Assembly (NCBI GenBank): GCA_964194625.1
Contig: CAXMNC010000202.1
Coordinates: 1,050-65,049, forward strand
Direction: 5' to 3'
DNA from: Acidiferrobacterales bacterium
Lineage (GTDB): Bacteria; Pseudomonadota; Gammaproteobacteria; Acidiferrobacterales; SPGG2
Length of the DNA stretch: 64,000 nt
Part shown: positions 29,495 through 37,143 of the stretch, in pieces
How the letters are laid out: the number at the start of each line of letters is the position of its first letter
How positions within the stretch are numbered: the stretch's first letter is position 1
The notes under the pieces: generated by a model
What the model saw: the letters and a program-made list of their open reading frames with translations, nothing else
What the model was told of the DNA's origin: nothing
The model's database searches: none
Program-made: the position numbers and the translations under genes

Positions 29495-31234
29495 ATGAAG
29501 ATTCTAGGGATTACGGGTCCAGCACTGCATGACAACTCGGCTGCGCTTGTCATCGATGGCGAGCTGGTCGCTGCCGCCGAAGAGGAGCGCTTTATCCGCA
29601 TCAAACATGCGAAAAGAAAACAACCCGTCAACGCACTAAAGTACTGTCTAGACTACGCAGGCATCTCGCCTTCCGAGATCGACATTGTTGCCTATCCCTA
29701 CGTAAAGATAGGTCTGGCGCACAAGGCGAGGTGGTACTTTGCGAAGCGTCACTGGTATGCCCCCGACAGGGTCTACAGGGCGCTGGTCGACGGCAACCGC
29801 CTCATTAACCGAAAATCTGCTTCTGTACTGAACTTGCTCGATGAACTCGGCATCGACCGTAGTCGTTTTATTCCCGTCGAACATCATCTGGCTCACGCCA
29901 GCAGCGCCTACCATCTCAGCGGTTTCAAGGAAAAAACCGCCATCGTCAGCATTGATGGCAAGGGTGAATACGCGACGACGTTCTTCGGTTATGGAGAAAA
30001 CGGTCGGATACACAAGATCAAAGAGTTTTATGATCCAGACTCACTTGGCTGGTTTTATGGCGCCATCACCGAGTATCTCGGCTTTGAGATGCAAGATGGC
30101 GAGTACAAGGTAATGGGGATGGCGCCGTATGGTGATCCAACTAAGTATGATCTATCAAAGTTGATTCGTTGCGACGGCCGTAGCTTTACGATCAACACCA
30201 AACTCATCAATGTAGTTGGGCAGCGGTGTTATCGGGCCAACGGACGGATTTATTCGGTTAGCCCGGAATTCGTCGACTGGCTTGGTCTTGCTCGTGATGG
30301 CGATGATATCGATGAGCCTTATATTGACTATGCTGCAGGTATTCAAAAACTCCTGGAAGATACTGCGCTTTCGCTCATCGATCACTACGTGGGCGACATC
30401 ATTCGCGAAACCGGACGAGTATGTTTCGCCGGCGGTGTAGCACTGAATGTCAAACTGAATCAACGTATTCTCGAGTGGCCACACGTCAAGGAGCTATTTG
30501 TGCAACCGGCCGCGGGCGATGCCGGCACCGCTGTGGGTGCCGCCGCCTATATAGCGATGAGTCACGGTGAACACATGCAGAAGTTGGAACACGTGTATCT
30601 CGGGCCGTCCTTTACCACTGAACAATGTATCGCCGCCTGCCAAACACATGAACACAGGCCGCAATGGCAACGACTGGACAACACGGTCGCGACGGCAGCT
30701 AAACTCGTTGCCGATGGAAACCCGCTTGCGTGGTTTCAAGGCCGCATGGAGTTCGGACCGCGAGCCTTAGGTAACCGCAGCATTTTGGGGGATCCAAGCC
30801 GGCCCGGCATGGCAGACCGTATTAACGCACAGATCAAGCACCGCGAGCGCTGGCGACCCTTTTGCCCCAGCATCCTAGACACCGTAGCAGCAGATATCAT
30901 TCAATCAGACCACCCGGCACAGTATATGACCATCACATTTGATGTCGCAGAAGATTGGGAATCACGGATCCCGGAAGTGGTTCATAAAGACGGGACGGCG
31001 CGCGTGCAAGTCGTTAACGAGAAGACGAATGCCCGGTTTTATCAACTGATAAAAGAGCTGGAAAAACACACCGGCAACGCCGTGGTGCTGAATACGTCGT
31101 TAAACCGTCGCGGCGAACCTATGGTCTGTACGCCCACCGACGCGTTGAATATGTTCTTCGGCTCTGATCTGCAGTATCTGATTATGGAAGATATTCTGGT
31201 CCGGCCCGCGTTCGCCAGACTCGCGCAGGCATAA
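29495..31234 (+). CDS. Carbamoyltransferase (NodU/CmcH family)
   Basis: 579 aa. MKILGITGPALHDNSAALVIDGELVAAAEEERFIRIKH, HHLAHASSAY, FAGGVALNVKLN, and C-terminal TARVQVV...NTSLNRRGEPMVCTP are family hallmarks. Confidence 0.85.
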   Translation: MKILGITGPALHDNSAALVIDGELVAAAEEERFIRIKHAKRKQPVNALKYCLDYAGISPSEIDIVAYPYVKIGLAHKARWYFAKRHWYAPDRVYRALVDGNRLINRKSASVLNLLDELGIDRSRFIPVEHHLAHASSAYHLSGFKEKTAIVSIDGKGEYATTFFGYGENGRIHKIKEFYDPDSLGWFYGAITEYLGFEMQDGEYKVMGMAPYGDPTKYDLSKLIRCDGRSFTINTKLINVVGQRCYRANGRIYSVSPEFVDWLGLARDGDDIDEPYIDYAAGIQKLLEDTALSLIDHYVGDIIRETGRVCFAGGVALNVKLNQRILEWPHVKELFVQPAAGDAGTAVGAAAYIAMSHGEHMQKLEHVYLGPSFTTEQCIAACQTHEHRPQWQRLDNTVATAAKLVADGNPLAWFQGRMEFGPRALGNRSILGDPSRPGMADRINAQIKHRERWRPFCPSILDTVAADIIQSDHPAQYMTITFDVAEDWESRIPEVVHKDGTARVQVVNEKTNARFYQLIKELEKHTGNAVVLNTSLNRRGEPMVCTPTDALNMFFGSDLQYLIMEDILVRPAFARLAQA

Positions 31235-31378
31235 CGAATACCGATAAACCTGAAGCTGCAGCTCAACGACCGTCGCGCCGAAACTTTCTAAGGCCGTCAA
31301 AGCACACACGAAGTCGGCCATCATCTAGCATGTCTCCGCATAGCGGCCAACGAACGACAACAAATAATAGACGATCTT

Positions 31379-31669
31379 TTGGCGCGGGCCGAGCAGGCGA
31401 AGAGAGGTGCTGCAAACAATCAGCCAAAGCCAAAAGCCGACAGCTTCTTGGATTATAGCAGCGCATTTCGCCGCGCGATGGTGGACGCCGGGCTCATCTG
31501 TGATGAGCTACCCATAGCCGACGGGCAGATCCATCGCTTTCACGTTGAGGGCGATAGACGAGGTTCTCGTAACGGCTGGCACATCTTTTTCCCGGACGAT
31601 CCGCCGGCTGGCGCCTTTGGTTCATGGAAGAACGGGGATTGGCAGTCACCACATAGTATCACGGCATGA
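31379..31669 (+). pseudogene. N-terminal fragment of a phage/plasmid-type DNA primase (zinc-binding/primase N-domain only)
   Basis: 96 aa. FRRAMVDAGLICDELPIADGQIHRFHVEGDRRGSRNGWHIFFPDDPPAGAFGSWKNGDW resembles the N-terminus of P4-alpha/TraC-like primases of integrative elements. The ORF stops where the convergent gene ends (11-nt overlap); the Toprim/helicase parts are absent. Confidence 0.5.
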
Positions 31670-33194
31670 TGGTCTTTTCTTTTTCGATTTCGGCCAACTT
31701 CTTTTTGACGGTTTCGTTATGGTCAGCGGGGAGGTTCAGTTCCGCGAGAAAGTCATCGCTATAAAATGCTAGCCGCCAGTTTGTCGCTCGCTTGATTTGA
31801 GATGCAGTGACGGCTTTGACCTCAATCAGGATGGCCCCCTGCAGGTTGGCGCCGCCGAGGTTGGTCTCCCGCAACTGGGCTTCGGTGAGGATGGCCCCCT
31901 GCAGATTGGCGAAACTTAGGTTGGCCCCCTGCAGCTGGGCAAAAATGAGGTCCGCCTCCTGCAGCTGGGCGAAACTGAGGTCCGCCTCCTGCAGCTGGGC
32001 GAAACTTAGGTTGGCCCCCTGCAGCTGGGCGCTTCTGAGGTCGGTCTGCTGCAGGTTGGCGCTCCTGAGGTCGGCTCCCTGCAGCTGGGCGGTGCCGAGG
32101 TCGGCGTGGGAGACGGTACTGGGTTGCCGAGCAAGCGCCGCTTTCTGTTTTGCTCCTAGCTCTGCCTCGCGCTTTGCCTCAGGCTTCGCTTTGCGTTTAG
32201 CTACTGCGTCCGCCTTCCGCTTTGCCTCTAGTTCCGCTTGGCGCTGAGCTTCCGCTTTTCGTTTCGCTTCGAGTTCTAGTTTTCGCTGGCTCTCGATCTT
32301 GGCCTTACGTTGGGTTTCCTCTAGCGCTCGCTGTTTAGCCTGCGCCTCGCTAGCTTGTTGCTCAGCCTCCTGCCGCAAGGCCTCTGCCTCGACCCGCTTT
32401 TGGTGTTGATTCCAGGCGTACCACATCCCGCCTGCCAGCAGTAGAAAGACCCCCGCCGCCGCAAGCCAAATCGTTGGCTTGCCCATGCGCGGCGGTGTAG
32501 GCTCCCGCGCAGCCATTGGCGGAGTTAAAGGCGCTGTCTGAGATCTTACCGGCTCACGTTCGGCTTTTTCTTTCGCCCCGTGCTCGCGTGCTTTGCGTTG
32601 TTTGCGTTCTTCTTTTTTAGAGGGCGCTCCAAGCAACTGCTCTGTGAGACGACCATAGCCTACGTCTAAGCTGAACCGAAGGGATCGAATACCGATTGCA
32701 GCCGCAGCCTCCACATTTTTTGCTCGGTCATCAACAAACAACAAATCCTCGGCGCGATAACCGCTCTGGTCAAGGAGAAACTGATAGATCCTCCGATCAG
32801 GCTTCCTTACATTTACCGCGCTACTAATGACCACTCCAGCCAGCAGGCCCTCAATGTCGAAGGCCGCCCTGAGTTTTCTAGACCACCGATCTATGTCGTT
32901 CGATAAGCACCATACGGGGATCTTCTGATGCTTTGCGTTGCGGAGAAATTCAGCAACGCCTGGCACAAGAGAATGCCTCGACAAGTAGTCATCCTCAACT
33001 GAGGGAGCCAGGCCAACACGATTCCAGAAGTCGTCAGCTTCAATGATGCCGAGACTGGCATCCAAGTAGACCGATTCGATCTCGTTAGCATTCATGTTTC
33101 CACCGGCTTCGCGGATAAACGGAATAAGCAGATCCGCAACATCATCCGCGGCACGAAAGATAACTCCCATTGCGTCCAGCACGATGCACTTCAT
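31659..33194 (-). CDS. Multidomain membrane protein: HAD-like hydrolase + K/E-rich linker + TM helix + coiled coil + pentapeptide repeats
   Basis: 511 aa. HAD motifs: VLDAMGVIF, WCLSND, FVDDRAKNVEAA. One hydrophobic helix: IWLAAAGVFLLLAGGMWYAW. Then ~90 aa of EAKRKAEAQRQAELEAKRKA-type heptads and ~18 A(D/N)LxG-type pentapeptides (ADLRSANLQQTDLRSAQLQGANLSFAQLQEADL...). Confidence 0.75.
   Translation of the reverse strand: MKCIVLDAMGVIFRAADDVADLLIPFIREAGGNMNANEIESVYLDASLGIIEADDFWNRVGLAPSVEDDYLSRHSLVPGVAEFLRNAKHQKIPVWCLSNDIDRWSRKLRAAFDIEGLLAGVVISSAVNVRKPDRRIYQFLLDQSGYRAEDLLFVDDRAKNVEAAAAIGIRSLRFSLDVGYGRLTEQLLGAPSKKEERKQRKAREHGAKEKAEREPVRSQTAPLTPPMAAREPTPPRMGKPTIWLAAAGVFLLLAGGMWYAWNQHQKRVEAEALRQEAEQQASEAQAKQRALEETQRKAKIESQRKLELEAKRKAEAQRQAELEAKRKADAVAKRKAKPEAKREAELGAKQKAALARQPSTVSHADLGTAQLQGADLRSANLQQTDLRSAQLQGANLSFAQLQEADLSFAQLQEADLIFAQLQGANLSFANLQGAILTEAQLRETNLGGANLQGAILIEVKAVTASQIKRATNWRLAFYSDDFLAELNLPADHNETVKKKLAEIEKEKTIMP
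31831..32100. repeat. Nine tandem 30-bp repeats (coding; two pentapeptide units each)
   Basis: The units are in register every 30 nt. 31951-31980 and 31981-32010 differ at 1/30 positions. Consensus (plus strand): t(t/c)ggccccctgcagctgggcgaaact(g/t)agg. Confidence 0.9.
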
Positions 33195-33218
33195 TAGTGA
33201 CCTCTAACGAATGAAAGG

Positions 33219-33293
33219 GGCTTCCCCTACTCGAGCCGGCATCGCAGTGCCAAGATTGAGGTCTGACATTCAATCTGAAAGAGAGGGGAAGCC
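33219..33293 (+). promoter_or_regulatory. Long-range inverted repeat in the IS110 leader that would sequester the transposase ribosome-binding site
   Basis: ggcttcccct (33219-33228) is the exact reverse complement of aggggaagcc (33284-33293). The latter contains the GAGGGG SD and abuts ATG 33294. Confidence 0.35.
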
Positions 33294-33460
33294 ATGAACA
33301 AGGTTACTACTGTTGGGATCGATCTAGCAAAGCGGGTGTTCGTGTTGCATGGGATAGATGCGGCTGGACAGGTAAGGCTGCGGCGTAGGTGTCGTTGCGA
33401 GGAGTTGGTGCGGATGGTGGCGCAGCTGCCACCTTGTCTCATCGGTATGGAGGCCTGCGA
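33294..33460 (+). mobile_element. IS110-family transposase, N-terminal ~56 codons only (truncated)
   Basis: MNKVTTVGIDLAKRVFVLHGIDAAGQVRLRR...LPPCLIGMEAC matches the DEDD N-terminal domain start of IS110-family transposases. Similarity ends at ~33460, where carbamoyltransferase-derived sequence begins. Confidence 0.7.
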
Positions 33461-33687
33461 CGGCGCGCGTGCAAGTCGTTAACGAGAAGACAAATGCCCG
33501 GTTTTATCAACTGATAAAAGAGCTGGAAAAACACACCGGCAACGCCGTGGTGCTGAATACGTCGTTAAACCGTCGCGGCGAACCTATGGTCTGCACACCC
33601 ACCGATGCCTTAAACATGTTCTTCGACTCTGATCTGCAGTATCTCATTATGGAAGACGTACTTGTTCTGCGGCGGAAAAGGCGGTAG
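33459..33687 (+). pseudogene. 3' fragment of a second carbamoyltransferase gene (last ~70 codons)
   Basis: 33459-33656 aligns without gaps to 30994-31191 with 9 mismatches in 198 nt (hand alignment). It encodes VQVVNEKTNARFYQLIKELEKHTGNAVVLNTSLNRRGEPMVCTPTDALNMFF(D)SDLQYLIMED. Confidence 0.8.
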
Positions 33688-33880
33688 AAAGACGTCGCAT
33701 CTCCTTTTTTGCTTCAAGAAAACGGTTTCTGACACGTTTTTCGCACTCCGCTATTGAGTAGCCAAGTGTTTGCGGTTCACCATTAGCAATAGGAGGGACA
33801 TGAAGGCGATGGTGGTGGTACTTGCGGATTGCATGGCGTGACCGCGCGCCCACATCTGCAAGGACACGAGGGACTCCGCA

Positions 33881-34744
33881 ATGGCTGCTGGTGAAAGCTT
33901 CTTTAAACGGGTTAAGAAGGCCCGGTTTGATCACGTCTATAACCTGCCTGATTGTCGCGCCTACTACCAGGCCGTTGCGCCGCTTGACTATCAAAACCCG
34001 GCACACGCGGTTCCGATTGCACGCGCCGCCCTCGCTGAGATCAGCCGATTAAGAAACTTGCAGGCGCCTTGGGTGCTAGATTTCGCTTGCGGCTATGGGA
34101 TCACCTCAGCACTGCTCCGCTATCACGTCGACATGCGCACCATCGTGGCACGATACTCCGGTAAAGAACTAACTAACTTGGACGCCGCACCGCTTATCGC
34201 CAAAGATCGGAAATGGTATGCAACGCGCAAGCGCCGTACCCTGCAACCGCAAATCGCGGGAATGGATATTAGTATGAACGCTTTGGACTACGGTCTGCGT
34301 GTCGGCCTTTACGATAAGACGTTCGCGGACAACTTAGAGGTGAATGACCCCAGTCCTGAACTTATTGACTTTTTGCCTAATGTCAGTCTTATCCTAGATA
34401 CAGGCGCATGCGGCTACATCGGAGAGAGAAGCTTCAGTCGCCTCTTGCGTGCGACAGGACCGCCGTTGCCATGGATCACAACCTCGCCAACCCGCGTCGC
34501 GGATTACGGCCCAAGCCTAGAAGTTATGAAGAAGGTGGGCCTCGTGGTAGAGCAAGTACCTATCGCCCCATTTCGTCATCGCCGCTTCGCCGACCAGAAG
34601 GAAAAAGAGCGTGCGATCGCCGAATTAAAGCGCAAAGGTGTTGATCCAACGGGCCTTGAAGACACCGGGTTTTTTTTCGCCGAAGCCTATGTCATCCGCC
34701 CGCCGGATGAGTGTGATATACCGCTCGCTGAACTAATCCGTTAG
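33881..34744 (+). CDS. Hypothetical protein, class I SAM-methyltransferase-like
   Basis: 287 aa. VLDFACGYGITSALL (motif I-like) and IAGMDIS (motif II-like). The start is uncertain. Confidence 0.5.
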   Translation: MAAGESFFKRVKKARFDHVYNLPDCRAYYQAVAPLDYQNPAHAVPIARAALAEISRLRNLQAPWVLDFACGYGITSALLRYHVDMRTIVARYSGKELTNLDAAPLIAKDRKWYATRKRRTLQPQIAGMDISMNALDYGLRVGLYDKTFADNLEVNDPSPELIDFLPNVSLILDTGACGYIGERSFSRLLRATGPPLPWITTSPTRVADYGPSLEVMKKVGLVVEQVPIAPFRHRRFADQKEKERAIAELKRKGVDPTGLEDTGFFFAEAYVIRPPDECDIPLAELIR

Positions 34745-34818
34745 CTATAGCAGTGCATCTCATCAGATGAAGGAGTGAAACGATATGAGCGACTATTCAG
34801 GCCTAGAAAAAGCAGCCG

Positions 34819-35739
34819 TTAGTTTTTGCCGTTGTGACAAACACCGACCAGCATGTGGCCCCAGTCAGCGCTTGTTGGAAAGCGACGCAAGAAGCGCTCA
34901 AGTCCAGTCGATAATGCGCCAAACGGGTTTCTATAAGGCAAGGGTAACCCCGCGCCCCCAACTCGATCGACGACAAGTGAGGTAGCCAAGAGGTCTCTAA
35001 ACTCGTGGCTCTCTAACCTGTAGATGTATTGCGGTTTTCCGCGCCGGTTGCCGGGACGTTTTCTTTCCTTAGGCCAGCCGGCGTGTCTTTTCGGTTTTGA
35101 GAAATTATGTGTCGTCACGACGATTCTGGCAGCTGGCCGAGCCACTCGTGCGATCTCCCCGATACAATGCTGTCTTAAGGCCTCTGTTGGAAGCTGTGAC
35201 ACCGCATTGGCACACAAGACTTTATCAAAGCTTTCTTTGCGAAATGGCAGTGCATTGAGATCACCTCTGACGTAGTCAATGGCTATATCGTGATCTTGCA
35301 TATGCTGCCTGAGGTAGTGCAGCGATCGCACAGAAAGATCAAAAGCGATGACACGGGGTCTGGCGGCGTAGTATTGCTTGATGGTCAAGCCGGTGCCACA
35401 AGCGGCGTCGAGAACGACGTCGTGTGGTTGGGGACGCAACTGCTCCACGGCCGCTTCGACACAGGCCATATATATAGGATCGCTGATTCTTATTTCATCG
35501 TAAGTCGACGAAAAGCGGTCCCACTGTGCAGACTCCGCCTTCAGGAAAGATTCATGATCGACATTGGCGACGAACATGTCCGGGATACCATCGGTAATGG
35601 GATACACGTGCCCGCAACGCTGACAGTTCAGGCTGCCATTTGGTCGACTCGCTGGCGTGTCGACAGCGCTGATTTTCAGTGGGCCGGAGTTAGGATGAAG
35701 CGGGCACCGTAAGATCGCCATTAGCGCACGACTAATCAT
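34819..35739 (-). CDS. SAM-dependent methyltransferase with N-terminal Trm112-like zinc-ribbon
   Basis: LRCPLHPNSGPL...LNCQRCGHVYPITDGIPDMF (Trm112p-like), then VVLDAACGTGLT (motif I) and FDKVLCANAV (Methyltransf_11-like). Confidence 0.75.
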   Translation of the reverse strand: MISRALMAILRCPLHPNSGPLKISAVDTPASRPNGSLNCQRCGHVYPITDGIPDMFVANVDHESFLKAESAQWDRFSSTYDEIRISDPIYMACVEAAVEQLRPQPHDVVLDAACGTGLTIKQYYAARPRVIAFDLSVRSLHYLRQHMQDHDIAIDYVRGDLNALPFRKESFDKVLCANAVSQLPTEALRQHCIGEIARVARPAARIVVTTHNFSKPKRHAGWPKERKRPGNRRGKPQYIYRLESHEFRDLLATSLVVDRVGGAGLPLPYRNPFGALSTGLERFLRRFPTSADWGHMLVGVCHNGKN

Positions 35740-35841
35740 TGTTTGCTCCGTCCCAGTTGAAAGAAAAACAGGGTCAAATTGAACCTACCCTAATTTAGCG
35801 GACACTCGGAGGGGTTATTCTAACCTTTCAAGGAGTGTTCG

Positions 35842-36003
35842 ATGACAAGAAGATACCAGCGATACAGCAAAGAATTTAAGGGGGAGATCAGTCAGAACCA
35901 GGGCACCGAGCTTTTCATTCATGGGCGCGACGGGCGTATCCCAGAAAAAAGGGTGGAAGTTCGCTATTCACCCGGTCTTATAGGGATCCGCCGCGTCTCG
36001 TAA
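35842..36003 (+). other. 53-codon ORF with good RBS; C-terminal half resembles a DUF2188 fragment (possible gene remnant)
   Basis: AAGGAG at 35830-35835 lies 6 nt before the ATG. NQGTELFIHGRDGRIPEK resembles the conserved DUF2188 core. The last 36 nt overlap the 3' end of the convergent permease gene. Confidence 0.3.
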
Positions 36004-37143
36004 GCCGTCACCCAGAAAGTTAAACGCCAGTACCACGACAATCACGGGCACCACCGGTAACATCAGCCAAGGATAAAGCGCGACGACGTTTATATTCTGT
36101 GCTTCGGCGAGTAGCACGCCCCAGCTCGTGATCGGTGGGCGCAACCCCAGCCCTAAGAAACTGAGTGCAGTTTCCCCCAGAATCATGGCCGGAATAGACA
36201 GTGTCGCCGAGGCGATGAGATGGCTCATGAAGTTTGGCAACAGATGACGCGCGATCACGCGCGATGGCCGTGCCCCCATCAACACCGCGGCAGTGCAAAA
36301 ATCTTCTTCGCGCAACGCCAGAAGTTTGGAGCGCACCGCCCGCCCCAGTCCGGTCCAGTCGATGAGACCAAGGATCACGGTGATACCCAGGAATACACCG
36401 ATCGGGCTCCACGTCACCGGCAGTGCCGCCGACAGTGCCATCCATAGCGGTAACTCCGGAAAAGAGCGGATGATCTCGATTAGGCGCTGAATAACGCTAT
36501 CCACCCACCCGCCATAGTAGCCCGCCAGGCCGCCTAGCGTAAGACCAAGTACGAAACTGATGGTGATGCCAAGCAATCCCACGATGAGTGAAATGCGCGC
36601 ACCGTAGATCATTCGTGAAAGCACATCTCGACCCAAGCGATCGGTGCCGAGAATGAACGCGGTGCCGCCAGCCGCCGGACACACCAAATGGAGGCGCCCG
36701 GCGAAGACACCCCAGAACATGTACTTATCCCCCTGACAGAAAAACCGAAGCGGATATACAGTATTTTTATCTTCGTCATACTCCCGCCTGAGTGTTTCCA
36801 TATTCAACCGATAGTTGAATCTGTAGACGAACGGGCCGATAAACTCTCCGTCATGAAACAAGCGAACCTTTTGCGGTGGGGCGAAAATAAAATCAGTGTG
36901 TCGCGTGTGCAGTTCGTAGGGGGCCAGTACCTCGCTTATAAGTATGGAGCCGTACATGACGATAAGGATCACACCGAATACCACCGCTAGCCGATGTCGC
37001 TTCAGACGCCACCACATCATGCGCCACTGCGATGCGGCATAGTAACGCTCCTGTTCTGGTGTAAGCTCCTCGATGCTATAGGGGTTGAACGGCGCAGTAG
37101 AGACGAAATGCTCTATCCCATCGCCGGTGCGTTGCTCAGTCAT
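35968..37143 (-). CDS. ABC transporter permease (DppC/OppC/YejE-like)
   Basis: 391 aa and polytopic, with an extended N-terminal periplasmic loop. The EAA-like region is CTAAVLMGARPSRVIARHLLPN. Its start overlaps the upstream permease stop by 4 nt. Confidence 0.85.
   Translation of the reverse strand: MTEQRTGDGIEHFVSTAPFNPYSIEELTPEQERYYAASQWRMMWWRLKRHRLAVVFGVILIVMYGSILISEVLAPYELHTRHTDFIFAPPQKVRLFHDGEFIGPFVYRFNYRLNMETLRREYDEDKNTVYPLRFFCQGDKYMFWGVFAGRLHLVCPAAGGTAFILGTDRLGRDVLSRMIYGARISLIVGLLGITISFVLGLTLGGLAGYYGGWVDSVIQRLIEIIRSFPELPLWMALSAALPVTWSPIGVFLGITVILGLIDWTGLGRAVRSKLLALREEDFCTAAVLMGARPSRVIARHLLPNFMSHLIASATLSIPAMILGETALSFLGLGLRPPITSWGVLLAEAQNINVVALYPWLMLPVVPVIVVVLAFNFLGDGLRDAADPYKTG

Noticed and set aside
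31831-32100. A regular 30-bp repeat array that could superficially be taken for a CRISPR array.
   Set aside because: The units are contiguous with no spacers and are in frame within a long ORF encoding pentapeptide repeats. No cas genes or leader are present.
31807-32247. A 146-aa plus-strand ORF (Ala/Leu/Arg/Ser/Cys-rich) opposite the pentapeptide-repeat gene.
   Set aside because: It is a shadow ORF created by the 30-bp repeat periodicity on the antisense strand. It has no independent start context or motifs.
33647-34006. A 119-aa minus-strand ORF whose C-terminal 30 aa (LGYSIAECEKRVRNRFLEAKKEMRRL) resemble a sigma-70 region-4 / HTH segment.
   Set aside because: It overlaps the start of the plus-strand methyltransferase-like gene and the tail of the carbamoyltransferase fragment. 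The similarity is short and unsupported by the rest of the ORF. At most it is another remnant.
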